A stretch of DNA of 30,286 bases from contig CAJBIS010000274.1 of NCBI GenBank assembly GCA_903953195.1, positions 1-30,286 on the forward strand, in the 5' to 3' direction. This document shows positions 19,351-30,286 of this stretch, in pieces. The notes under the pieces were generated by a model. That model ran no database searches. It worked only from the letters and a program-made list of their open reading frames with translations, and was not told the DNA's origin. Position numbers and translations under genes: made by a program. This DNA is from an uncultured Actinomycetes bacterium (GTDB taxonomy: Bacteria; Actinomycetota; Acidimicrobiia; Acidimicrobiales; Microtrichaceae). The number at the start of each line of letters is the position of its first letter. Within the stretch, counting starts at the first letter, position 1.

Positions 19351-19413
19351 GGCCCCTCCGGTCACTGTCCCTCGCCCGAGCGCTGACGCGCAGAAGCACA
19401 GGAAAGCATCCAC

Positions 19414-21048
19414 ATGGCTGAGCTCACCATCAACACCGCCGACATCACCGCCGCCATCAAGAAGAACCTCGATGGCTTCACCCCCGATCTCGAGCTGACG
19501 CAGGTCGGCCGGGTCATCGAGGTGGGTGACGGCATCGCCCGCGTGTCGGGCCTGCCCGACGCGGCCGTGAACGAACTCCTCGAGTTCGAGTCCGGCCTGC
19601 TGGGCCTGGCGCTGAACCTCGACGAGGACTCGATCGGCGCCGTGGTGCTCGGCGAGGTCGACACGGTGGAGGAGGGCCAGACGGTCCGTGCCACCGGTCA
19701 GATCCTCTCCGTGCCCGTCGGCGACGGCGTGCTCGGCCGGGTCGTGAACACGCTCGGCGAACCGATCGACGGCAAGGGCCCGCTCACCAACGTCCAGCAG
19801 CGACGCATGGAGATCCAGGCGCCCGGCATCATGGGTCGCCAGCCGGTGCACGAGCCGATGCAGACCGGCATCAAGTCGATCGACTCGCTCATCCCGATCG
19901 GGCGTGGTCAGCGCGAGCTGATCATCGGCGACCGCAAGACCGGCAAGACCACGATCGCCATCGACACGATCCTCAACCAGCGTGGCCTGGGCGTGAAGTG
20001 CATCTACGTCGCCATCGGCCAGAAGGCCTCGACGGTGGCCCAGACCGTGGCGACCCTCGCCGAGCGCGGTGCGCTCGAGTACACCGTGGTCGTGGTGGCC
20101 CCGGCCTCCGACCCGGCGCCGTTCAAGTACCTCGCCCCCTACGCCGGCTGCGCCATGGGCCAGCACTGGATGGAGCACTCCGAGGCCGCGCTGGTGGTCT
20201 ACGACGACCTCTCCAAGCAGGCCGAGGCCTACCGTCAGGTGTCGCTGCTGCTGCGCCGCCCGCCGGGGCGCGAGGCCTACCCCGGCGACGTGTTCTACCT
20301 GCACAGCCGTCTGCTCGAGCGTGCCGCCAAGCTCTCCGACGAACTCGGTGCCGGTTCGCTCACGGCGCTGCCGGTCATCGAGACCAAGGCGGGCGACGTG
20401 TCGGCCTACATCCCGACGAACGTGATCTCGATCACCGATGGCCAGATCTTCCTCCAGGACGACCTGTTCAAGTCGGGCGTGCGTCCTGCGGTGGACGTCG
20501 GCATCTCGGTGTCCCGCGTGGGTTCGGCCGCACAGATCAAGGCCATGAAGAAGGCCGTGGGCACGCTCAAGTCGGACCTGCAGCAGTTCCGTGAGCTCGA
20601 GGCGTTCGCGGCGTTCGGTTCCGACCTCGACGCCGTGTCGAAGGCGCAGCTCGAGCGTGGCTACCGCCTGACCGAGCTGCTGAAGCAGGGCATCAACTCG
20701 CCGATGCCGGTCGAGGAGCAGTGCGTGGTCATCTTCGCCGGTACCCGCGGCTACCTCGACGACATCTCCGTGGACGACGTCGCCAGCTTCCAGGACGGGC
20801 TCCTCGAGTGGTTCCGCAGCCGGCACGCCGCGTTGCTGTCCGACATCAAGGCGACCGGTGATCTGGCCGACGAGGACGCGTTCGAGAGCGCCATCAAGGC
20901 GTTCGCCGAGCAGTTCGTGCCCGCATCCACCAGCGCGGACGCGCCCGACGTCGAGGCCCAGCCGGACGCCGAGTCGACCATCGCCCGCTCCGAGCGCCAC
21001 CTTCCCGAAGAGGACGTCGACCGTTCGGACGACGGCGACCTTCGCTGA
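19414..21048 (+). CDS. atpA: ATP synthase F1 subunit alpha with a 43-aa acidic C-terminal extension
   Basis: Motifs [46 protein letters not shown] and ISITDGQI. Confidence 0.99.
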   Translation: MAELTINTADITAAIKKNLDGFTPDLELTQVGRVIEVGDGIARVSGLPDAAVNELLEFESGLLGLALNLDEDSIGAVVLGEVDTVEEGQTVRATGQILSVPVGDGVLGRVVNTLGEPIDGKGPLTNVQQRRMEIQAPGIMGRQPVHEPMQTGIKSIDSLIPIGRGQRELIIGDRKTGKTTIAIDTILNQRGLGVKCIYVAIGQKASTVAQTVATLAERGALEYTVVVVAPASDPAPFKYLAPYAGCAMGQHWMEHSEAALVVYDDLSKQAEAYRQVSLLLRRPPGREAYPGDVFYLHSRLLERAAKLSDELGAGSLTALPVIETKAGDVSAYIPTNVISITDGQIFLQDDLFKSGVRPAVDVGISVSRVGSAAQIKAMKKAVGTLKSDLQQFRELEAFAAFGSDLDAVSKAQLERGYRLTELLKQGINSPMPVEEQCVVIFAGTRGYLDDISVDDVASFQDGLLEWFRSRHAALLSDIKATGDLADEDAFESAIKAFAEQFVPASTSADAPDVEAQPDAESTIARSERHLPEEDVDRSDDGDLR

Positions 21049-21078
21049 GGCTGAGCGGAGCAGGGAACAGGAGCGAGC

Positions 21079-23538
<2,460 letters not shown>

Positions 23539-23539
<1 letters not shown>

Positions 23540-23949
23540 TGTCGTTGCTCGTCGAGCTCGTCTCGCCCGAGCGGGTGGCGTACTCCGGTGAGGCGCGCAT
23601 GGTCATCTGCCGCACCACCACCGGCGACATCGCCTTCCTGCCCGGTCACGTGCCGTTCATCGGTGTGCTGGCCTCGCACCCCGTCCGGGTGCTGCAGGAG
23701 GACGGCGGCGAGCTGGTCATCGCGGTGCACCAGGGCTTCGTCGAGGTCTCGCCCCCCGACGACGACGGCGTGACGCGTGTGACGATCCTCTCGGATGTCG
23801 CCGAGCTCGCCTCGGACATCGACGCCGGGCGCGCCCAGCAGGCCAAGGAGCGCGCCGAGGAGGCGCTGCGCACGGACCCGGGCGACCGTGAGGCCCAGCT
23901 GTCGCTGCGCAAGGCCGAGGTTCGACTCTCGGTCTCCGACGCCGCCTGA
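23539..23949 (+). CDS. atpC: ATP synthase F1 subunit epsilon
   Basis: VELVSPER, GDIAFLPGHVP and GFVEV, with a C-terminal helical hairpin. TGATG overlap with atpD. Confidence 0.96.
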
Positions 23950-23990
23950 GTCCCCGACGGGCCGGACCCCTCCGGCGCTAGCGTCTCGGC

Positions 23991-24923
23991 GTGGCCCGTA
24001 CCCGTCTGTTCGTCGCGCTGCTCCCGGACCCGGCGCTGTGGTCGGTCCTCGACTCGTACCGGCGTTCGCTCGGCGTCAGCGAACCGTTCCGGATCCCGCC
24101 GCACGTGACCCTGGTCCCTCCGGTCAACGTCGCCTCGGGTGATCTGGACGAGGTCGACCGGATCCTGGCGGACGCCGCAGCAGCGGTCGATCCCATCGAC
24201 CTCGAACTCCGTGAGGCGGCGACGTTTGCGCCGTCGCCGCCGAGTGTGCAGCTCACCGTCCATGGTGACCTCGTGGCGCTGGGAACGCTGCGCTCGGCGC
24301 TGATCCGGGGGACGCTCGACCGTCCCGGCCGCAACCCGTTCGTCCCCCATGTGACCCTCGTGCCGTCGACGGAGCAGTCGCAGATCGACGCGGCACTGCA
24401 GGCCCTCGACGGGAACCTGCTCCCGTGGCGGGTGCGATCGGTGCACGTCCTCGAACGTCACCACGATCCGGGGCGGTGGGTGACCGTGGCGGAACTGCCG
24501 CTCGGTCGTCCGGCCGTGGTGGGTCGCGGTGGCGTGGTCTCGACCATGCGGACGCTCCGCATGGTGCCCATGCCCGTTGCCGACCTGTGCTCGGTGGCGG
24601 CCCGAGGACCCGCCGAGACACCCGTCGAGTACGAGCCGCTCGTCGTCGCCGCGGAAGCCGATCCCGGCGACGGCACCGGCGCGCTGCAGGGTGCCGCGGT
24701 CGGCCTCGTCTCGGGAGGCGGCGTCGAGCTCCGGGCCCTGACGGTGGCCGAGCCGGATCGCGGTCGGGGCATCGGAGCGCGGCTCCTGTCCGCATGGTGC
24801 TCAGCGGCGGCGGACCTCGGCGCAACGGTCGTCACCGCCGGCGGGGCGAGCGTCGCCGGTGGCGCGTTCCTGGAGCGCCACGGCTTCACGACGGTGTCCG
24901 GCGTGCTGGTCCGCGCGCTCTGA
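23991..24923 (+). CDS. 2H-phosphoesterase (2'-5' RNA ligase / LigT-like) fused to a C-terminal GNAT acetyltransferase domain
   Basis: Two HxT motifs (PPHVTLV, VPHVTLV). The C-terminus has LTVAEPDRGRGIGARLL (acetyl-CoA binding motif A) and FLERHGF. Probably leaderless: TAGCGT at 23979-23984, 6 nt before GTG. Confidence 0.82.
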   Translation: MARTRLFVALLPDPALWSVLDSYRRSLGVSEPFRIPPHVTLVPPVNVASGDLDEVDRILADAAAAVDPIDLELREAATFAPSPPSVQLTVHGDLVALGTLRSALIRGTLDRPGRNPFVPHVTLVPSTEQSQIDAALQALDGNLLPWRVRSVHVLERHHDPGRWVTVAELPLGRPAVVGRGGVVSTMRTLRMVPMPVADLCSVAARGPAETPVEYEPLVVAAEADPGDGTGALQGAAVGLVSGGGVELRALTVAEPDRGRGIGARLLSAWCSAAADLGATVVTAGGASVAGGAFLERHGFTTVSGVLVRAL

Positions 24924-24963
24924 GGCGTCGGGAGCCTCCGGGCGCCGGAGGTAGGTTGCGGCC

Positions 24964-25767
24964 GTGAGCGAGCGACGGCAACGGCGGTGGGCATCGGCAC
25001 TGGTGACCGGCGCGTCGAGCGGTATCGGTGAGTCGTTCGCCCGGCGACTCGCCGCCGAGGGCACCGATCTGGTGATCGTCGCCCGGCGGGCCGAGCAGCT
25101 GGAACGACTCGCCGCCGAGCTCGGTGACGCGCACGGCGTCACGGTCGAGGTGCTCGCTGCCGATCTGGGTGCGCCGGTGTCACGACGTGAGGTCGAACGT
25201 CGGCTCGCCGATTCCTCCGCGCCGATCGACCTGCTGGTGAACAACGCCGGCTTCGGCACCCACGGCAACTTCTCCGAGCTGCCCGCCGACCGGGAGGACC
25301 AGGAGGTCCAGGTGAACGTCGTCGCGCTCCAGCGGCTGACGTCGGCGGCGCTCGGGCCGATGCTCGCTCGTGGCCGCGGGCACGTGCTGAACGTGTCGTC
25401 GATCGCCGCGCTCTACCCGGTGCCCGGCAGCGCGACCTACGCCGCCACCAAGGCGTTCATCTGCTCCTTCTCGGACGCACTCCACGAGGAACTGCGCGGC
25501 ACCGGGGTCGTCGTGACCTCCGCACTGCCGGGCTTCACCCGCACCGAGTTCCAGGAGCGCTCCGACTGGACCGGTCAGGATCGGTTGCCCGCCGGCGCGT
25601 GGCTCAGTGCCGACCGCGTCGCCGCGGAGTCGCTCGACGGGGTCTGGGCCGGACGAGCTCGTGTGGTCAGCGATCGGCGCTACCGACTGATCACCTCGAT
25701 CACCGCGCCCATCCCGCCCGGGATGAAGCGATGGCTGATGGGCCGCTCGTCAGGACTCACGTGGTGA
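24964..25767 (+). CDS. Short-chain dehydrogenase/reductase (classical SDR)
   Basis: Motifs VTGASSGIG, LLVNNAG, NVSS and YAATK. Probably leaderless: TAGGTT at 24952-24957, 6 nt before GTG. Confidence 0.93.
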   Translation: MSERRQRRWASALVTGASSGIGESFARRLAAEGTDLVIVARRAEQLERLAAELGDAHGVTVEVLAADLGAPVSRREVERRLADSSAPIDLLVNNAGFGTHGNFSELPADREDQEVQVNVVALQRLTSAALGPMLARGRGHVLNVSSIAALYPVPGSATYAATKAFICSFSDALHEELRGTGVVVTSALPGFTRTEFQERSDWTGQDRLPAGAWLSADRVAAESLDGVWAGRARVVSDRRYRLITSITAPIPPGMKRWLMGRSSGLTW

Positions 25768-25782
25768 GTGGCCGGGACGGAC

Positions 25783-26826
25783 TCAGATCGCGCCGCTGAA
25801 CGTGTCGCAGGCGGCCGGGTCGCCGCTGCGATAGCCGGTGGCGAACCACCGCTGGCGCTGTGCCGACGTTCCGTGCGTGTACGTCTCGGGCCGGGCTCGG
25901 CCCTGCGTGTTCTCCTGGATCCGGTCGTCGCCCACCGCGGCCGCAGCGTCGAGTCCCTGATCGATGTCGGCCTGGGTGAGCTGCTTGATGAAGCCGGTGG
26001 CCACGGCGTTCGACGCCCAGACGCCCGCGTAGCAGTCGGCCTGCAACTCGAGTCGGACCGCTCCCGAGTCGGCGCCGGTGCGGCGGTTCCCGGCGGTCTG
26101 GCCGAGCAGGTTCTGGACGTGGTGCCCGTACTCGTGGGCGATCACATAGGCCTGCGCGAAGTCGCCGCCCTGCGCGTTGAACGGCGGCTGCTGCAGCGTC
26201 TTGAAGAAGGACAGGTCCATGTACGCCGTCTGGTCGGCCGGGCAGTAGAAGGGGCCGGTGGCGGCGGAGCCCGGGCCGCACGCCGTGGACGTGCGCCCGG
26301 TGAACAGTCGGGTGGGGGCCTGCTGGTAGCGCTGACCGGACTCCCGGAAGGCGTTCGCCCAGTACGACTGCACACTGTTGACCACGGCCACGACGCGGCA
26401 GTCCTCGCGCTGGTTGGCATCGGCGCCCGTGCGGCACTGTGCGGCGGCGCCCGTCCCGCTGGCAACCGTCGTCGACGGACCACCCAGACCGGCGCCCGAG
26501 AAGTCGATGCCGCTGCCGGCACCGTTGCTGCTGCAGAACCCGAGGCCGACCATCATCACCAGGATCACGAGCATGCCGAGCCCGCCGGCGGCCTTGCCGC
26601 CCTTGCGACCGCCACGCCCGCCGCCCCCGAGTCCACCGCCCAGCGCGCCGCCGAGCAGGCCACCAAGCATGCCGCCCAGGTCGCCCCCGCCGCCTCCACG
26701 TCCGCCCGAGGCACCTCCGAGGCCGCCCAGGATGTCGCTCAGCCCACCGCCCGAGCCGCCCCCGCCTGATCCTCGCTGATCCTGGATCTGTCCCGGATCG
26801 AGCGGGACGTTCTCATCGAACTCCAT
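25783..26826 (-). CDS. Neutral zinc metallopeptidase, YpfJ family, with a Gly-rich N-terminus
   Basis: Motifs [21 protein letters not shown] (HExxH), [17 protein letters not shown] and THGTSAQR. Probably leaderless: TAACTT at 26833-26838 on the minus strand, 6 nt before ATG. Confidence 0.92.
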   Translation of the reverse strand: MEFDENVPLDPGQIQDQRGSGGGGSGGGLSDILGGLGGASGGRGGGGGDLGGMLGGLLGGALGGGLGGGGRGGRKGGKAAGGLGMLVILVMMVGLGFCSSNGAGSGIDFSGAGLGGPSTTVASGTGAAAQCRTGADANQREDCRVVAVVNSVQSYWANAFRESGQRYQQAPTRLFTGRTSTACGPGSAATGPFYCPADQTAYMDLSFFKTLQQPPFNAQGGDFAQAYVIAHEYGHHVQNLLGQTAGNRRTGADSGAVRLELQADCYAGVWASNAVATGFIKQLTQADIDQGLDAAAAVGDDRIQENTQGRARPETYTHGTSAQRQRWFATGYRSGDPAACDTFSGAI

Positions 26827-26858
26827 GCCGAGAAGTTACCGGGCGGAGCCGCCCGGGT

Positions 26859-27686
26859 TCAGACTCGTCGGTACTTCGAGACCGCCAGCGGCCCGAAGAC
26901 CGCGGTGATGCCGGCGATCCACAGCACCACCGGCAGGACGGTCCCGCCGGCGGGCCGGCCGATGATGGCCAGCTCACGCAGCAGGTTGGCGGTGAGTGTC
27001 ACCGGGTTGTTGCGGGCGATCGGTTGGAGCCAACCGGGCATGGAGTACACGGGCACGAACACCGAGCTGACGAAGGTCAGCGGGAAGAGCCACACGAATC
27101 CGGCGGTGCTCGCGGTCTCGGGGTCGCGCACGCTCAGGCCGATGAGCGCCATGATCCACGACATCGCGAATCCGAACGCCACCGCGCCCACGATCATCGC
27201 CACGCCCCAGAACCAGCCGCCCTCGAAGCGGAACCCCACGGCGTAGCCGACGAGCACGAGCACCACCGCGACCATCGACAGGCGGACCGTGTCGGCGGCG
27301 ATCCGACCGGTGAGCACCGCCGATCGGGCGATGGGCAGCGACCGGAACCGGTCGACGAGCCCCTTCTGCAGGTCGTCCGCGAGCCCGACCGAGGTCTGCG
27401 AGGTGCCGAACACGATCGTCTGCACCATGATCCCGGGAATCAGGAACTGCGCGTAGCTGAGCCCCGGTGGGAGCGACTGCCCGATCGACCCGCCGAACAC
27501 GTAGGTGAACAGCAGCACGAACATCACGGGCTGGATCAGGGTGAAGAGCACCAGCTCGGGTGTCCGCGGCAGCTGCACCAGGTTCCGCCACGTGGCGATG
27601 GCGCCGTCGTGGAACATGGCGACGATGCCGCGCGGGCGTCGGTACTCGAGGGTCGTGTCGGCGGCGGTTCCGGTGGTGGTGGTCAT
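26859..27686 (-). CDS. ABC-2 type exporter permease (DrrB-like)
   Basis: Motifs QPVMFVLLFTYVFGG, GLVDRFRSLPIARSAVL, FVSSVFVP and NPVT. About 6 TMs. Confidence 0.9.
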   Translation of the reverse strand: MTTTTGTAADTTLEYRRPRGIVAMFHDGAIATWRNLVQLPRTPELVLFTLIQPVMFVLLFTYVFGGSIGQSLPPGLSYAQFLIPGIMVQTIVFGTSQTSVGLADDLQKGLVDRFRSLPIARSAVLTGRIAADTVRLSMVAVVLVLVGYAVGFRFEGGWFWGVAMIVGAVAFGFAMSWIMALIGLSVRDPETASTAGFVWLFPLTFVSSVFVPVYSMPGWLQPIARNNPVTLTANLLRELAIIGRPAGGTVLPVVLWIAGITAVFGPLAVSKYRRV

Positions 27687-28729
27687 CGCTGGGGTCGATC
27701 CTCGGTGTCGAGCAGTTCGTCGGTGCCGCCGGGGAGCGGTCCGCGGGAGCGGCGTCCGGTGCTGCGATCGACGTCGATGTCGGCATCGCCGTCGGCCGCA
27801 TGCCCCGTCAGCGCGACGAACACGTCGTCCAGGCTGGGGCGTTGCAGGCTGAAGTCGTCGATCTCGATCCCGGCGTCGGTCAGCTGCGCCACGATCCCGG
27901 CGGCCCGGGCCGTGTCCTGCTCCACCGGCACGCTCAGCTGGTGGAGATCCCGGTCGACGCGCACGGCGTCGGCACCTCCGGACGGCGCGATCGCGGCCAG
28001 CGCCGCGTCCACATCGGCGGCGTGCCGGAGCGTGACCTCGAGCGTCCGGCCGCCGGTGCGGTCCTTCAACTCATCGGCGGTGCCCTCGGCGATGACCGCG
28101 CCCTTGTCGATGACGACGATGCGGTCCGCCAGTTCGTCGGCCTCCTCGAGGTACTGCGTGGTGAGCAGCACGGTCGTGCCGTCGGCCAGCAGTTCACGGG
28201 TGACGTCCCACATCTCGAACCGGCTGACCGGGTCGAGGCCGGTGGTCGGCTCGTCGAGGAACAGCACCGACGGCCGGCCGACCAGGCTCACCGCCAGGTC
28301 GACACGTCGGCGCATGCCGCCCGAGTAGGTGCGCACCTGGCGGTCGCCGGCGTCGCTGAGCCGGAACCGTTCGAGCAGCTCATCGGCTCGCTGGTGCGCC
28401 TGCGCCTTGTTCATGCCGAGCAGTCGCCCGACCATCCACAGGTTCTCGTGGCCCGTCAGCTTCTCGTCGACGGCGGCGTACTGGCCGGTCAGGCCGATCA
28501 CGGTACGGACCTCGTCGGCCTGGGTGACCACGTCGTAGCCGGCGACGGTGGCCCGGCCGCTGTCGGGCTTGAGCAGCGTGGCCAGCACCCGGACCGTGGT
28601 GGTCTTGCCGGCGCCGTTCGGGCCGAGCAGTCCGAGCACCGTGCCGGGCTCGACGCTGAGGCTCACCCCGGCGAGCGCCTGGGTCTGACCGAATCGTTTG
28701 TGGAGGTCTTCGACCTCGATGATGGGCAT
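27683..28729 (-). CDS. ABC-2 type exporter ATP-binding protein (DrrA-like)
   Basis: GPNGAGKTT, YSGGMRRR, LFLDEPTTGLDP and LLTTQYLEEAD. ATGA overlap with the permease. Start is ATG 28729 or GTG 28732. Confidence 0.93.
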   Translation of the reverse strand: MPIIEVEDLHKRFGQTQALAGVSLSVEPGTVLGLLGPNGAGKTTTVRVLATLLKPDSGRATVAGYDVVTQADEVRTVIGLTGQYAAVDEKLTGHENLWMVGRLLGMNKAQAHQRADELLERFRLSDAGDRQVRTYSGGMRRRVDLAVSLVGRPSVLFLDEPTTGLDPVSRFEMWDVTRELLADGTTVLLTTQYLEEADELADRIVVIDKGAVIAEGTADELKDRTGGRTLEVTLRHAADVDAALAAIAPSGGADAVRVDRDLHQLSVPVEQDTARAAGIVAQLTDAGIEIDDFSLQRPSLDDVFVALTGHAADGDADIDVDRSTGRRSRGPLPGGTDELLDTEDRPQR

Positions 28730-28742
28730 CACGAGGTGCCGG

Positions 28743-29711
28743 TCAGCTGTCGAGCTTCTCGGGGCGGTGCCGCGCCTCGACGAGGCGGACCGTGCCCGAC
28801 CGGGAACGCATCACGAGCGACTGTGTCGTCGCCCCGCCGCGGTCGTAGCGCACACCGTGGAGCAGGTTGCCGTCGGTGATTCCGGTTGCCGAGAAGAAGC
28901 AGTTGTCACCGGCGACCAGGTCGTCGGTCGACAGGACACGGTCGAGGTCGTAGCCGGCGTCGATCGCCTCCTGACGTTCGTCGGCGTCCCGGGGCCAGAG
29001 GCGGCCGATCAGCTCGCCCCCCATGCACTTCAGGGCGGCGGCGGCGATGACGCCCTCGGGGGTGCCGCCGATCCCGAACAGCACGTCGACGCCCGATTCG
29101 GGCCACGCCGTTGCGATCGCGGCCGCGACGTCGCCGTCGCCGATCAGTCGGATGCGTGAGCCGGTCTCCCGGATCTCGGCGATGATGTCGTCGTGCCGCG
29201 GCCGGTCGAGCACCATCGCCGTCACCTCTCGGACGTCGATGCCCTTGGCCCTCGCGATGGCACGCAGGTTGTCAGCGACCGACGCGTTCAGATCGACGAC
29301 ACCCTTCGCGTCGGGGCCGACGGCGATCTTCTCCATGTAGACGCACGGTCCCGGGTCGAACATCGTGCCCTGCTCGGACACGGCGATCACCGCCACTGCG
29401 CCACCACGGCCCTTGGACGTGAGGGTGGTGCCGTCGATCGGGTCGACGGCGATGTCGACGTTCGGCATGGAGCCGTCACCGACGACCTCGCCGTTGTAGA
29501 GCATCGGCGCCTCGTCCTTCTCGCCCTCGCCGATGATCACCGTGCCGGTCATGCCGACGGTCCCGAGGATGAGCCGCATGGCGTCGACGGCGGCCCCGTC
29601 AGCGGACTCCTTGTCGCCCCGACCGACCCAGTGGGCGGCGGCGAGCGCCGCGGCCTCGGTCGTGCGGACGAGTTCCAGTGCGAGATTGCGGTCGGGTGTC
29701 GAGTTCGGCAT
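28743..29711 (-). CDS. glpX: Class II fructose-1,6-bisphosphatase
   Basis: Motifs [38 protein letters not shown] and FSATGITDG. Probably leaderless: TAACGT at 29718-29723 on the minus strand, 6 nt before ATG. Confidence 0.97.
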   Translation of the reverse strand: MPNSTPDRNLALELVRTTEAAALAAAHWVGRGDKESADGAAVDAMRLILGTVGMTGTVIIGEGEKDEAPMLYNGEVVGDGSMPNVDIAVDPIDGTTLTSKGRGGAVAVIAVSEQGTMFDPGPCVYMEKIAVGPDAKGVVDLNASVADNLRAIARAKGIDVREVTAMVLDRPRHDDIIAEIRETGSRIRLIGDGDVAAAIATAWPESGVDVLFGIGGTPEGVIAAAALKCMGGELIGRLWPRDADERQEAIDAGYDLDRVLSTDDLVAGDNCFFSATGITDGNLLHGVRYDRGGATTQSLVMRSRSGTVRLVEARHRPEKLDS

Positions 29712-29801
29712 CCCCAGACGTTACCGACTCGCCCGCCGTCGGTGTGCACCCCGGCCCGAGACGGCGGATCGGCACAGGTCCAACGCAGTCGGTGCGCGAA
29801 C

Positions 29802-30286
29802 ATGGCGGGCGTGGACGACGCGGATGACCAGGTGGCCGGCAGCGACGGCGAGACGATCGACGACACGATCGATGTCGATCTCGATGCCGATGTGACCGAT
29901 GCCGATGTCGGTGCCGATGTGACCGAGGTCGACGACGGCCCGGGTCGCGAGGTCGCCTACGACTGCGCCCCGTGGGCGGCCGAGTCCCGGGCGATGCTGG
30001 CGTCGCTGCTGGAGTCCGAGGGCATCGAACACGTCTGGCAGGGCACGACCGTGTCGATCCGGGCCGAGGACCGGACCACGGTCGATGCGCTCGTCGACGA
30101 GGTCGAGGCGGCGGCCCGACCGGCACTGTCGGCCGACGTGCCGCGCATCGTCTACTCGGTGGCCGGCTGGCCCGTGGACTTCCAGACCGCGCTCGCCGAC
30201 GCGCTCACGGCCGCCGACCTGCCGTACGAATGGGACGAGGCCGGCGATCTGATGGTGTACGAGGAACACGAGGCCGAGGTCGAGGC
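29802..30286 (+). CDS. Hypothetical acidic protein with an internally repeated domain, 3'-partial
   Basis: Open frame from ATG 29802 to the window end (MAGVDDADDQ...EVAYDCAPW...RIVYSVAGW...), with strong GC3 bias. Missing from the ORF track because it has no stop in the window. Confidence 0.8.
   Translation, partial: MAGVDDADDQVAGSDGETIDDTIDVDLDADVTDADVGADVTEVDDGPGREVAYDCAPWAAESRAMLASLLESEGIEHVWQGTTVSIRAEDRTTVDALVDEVEAAARPALSADVPRIVYSVAGWPVDFQTALADALTAADLPYEWDEAGDLMVYEEHEAEVE

Noticed and set aside
26859-28729. Antibiotic resistance or biosynthetic cluster implied by DrrAB
   Set aside because: DrrAB-family exporters are widespread with unknown substrates, and no biosynthetic genes are nearby.
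26439-28879. Long plus-strand ORFs (629 aa and 439 aa) opposite the exporter genes
   Set aside because: Antisense shadows of the DrrA/DrrB-like genes with no recognisable motifs.
29721-30269. 182-aa minus-strand ORF at the right end
   Set aside because: It is the antisense of the plus-strand ORF from 29802, which has better codon bias and an internal repeat.

Overview
Core-genome window of a high-GC actinobacterium; gene order and protein style suggest Acidimicrobiia (inference). It follows the actinobacterial prfA-prmC-glyA-wecA-atp layout. The complete F1Fo ATP synthase operon (atpZ-like, atpI, B, E, F', F, H, A, G, D, C) runs from 15475 to 23949. Two accessory blocks interrupt this layout. 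The first is a stand-alone cNMP-binding gene plus a thiolase-like gene between prmC and glyA. The second is an 8-kb module between wecA and the atp operon: a D-aminoacylase-like amidohydrolase divergent from a Liv-type ABC importer with a fused permease. After atpC come a 2H-phosphoesterase/GNAT fusion, an SDR, and on the minus strand glpX, a DrrAB-type exporter and a YpfJ-type metallopeptidase. A partial acidic repeat-domain ORF runs off the right end. I saw no rRNA, tRNA, CRISPR array or mobile element. The most notable signals are: a near-perfect Rex operator over a sigma70-type atp promoter; three 34-bp GNRA-hairpin tandem repeats after atpE; C-terminal extensions on both ATP synthase alpha and gamma; unfused b', b and delta; a 29-aa ORF coupled by ATGA overlaps at both ends; an operator-like palindrome in the accessory module; and a recurring inverted repeat + TANNNT + 6 nt + start codon arrangement. 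No searches were run. Family calls rest on motifs read from the translations, and many start sites were moved from the ORF track using SD or overlap evidence.
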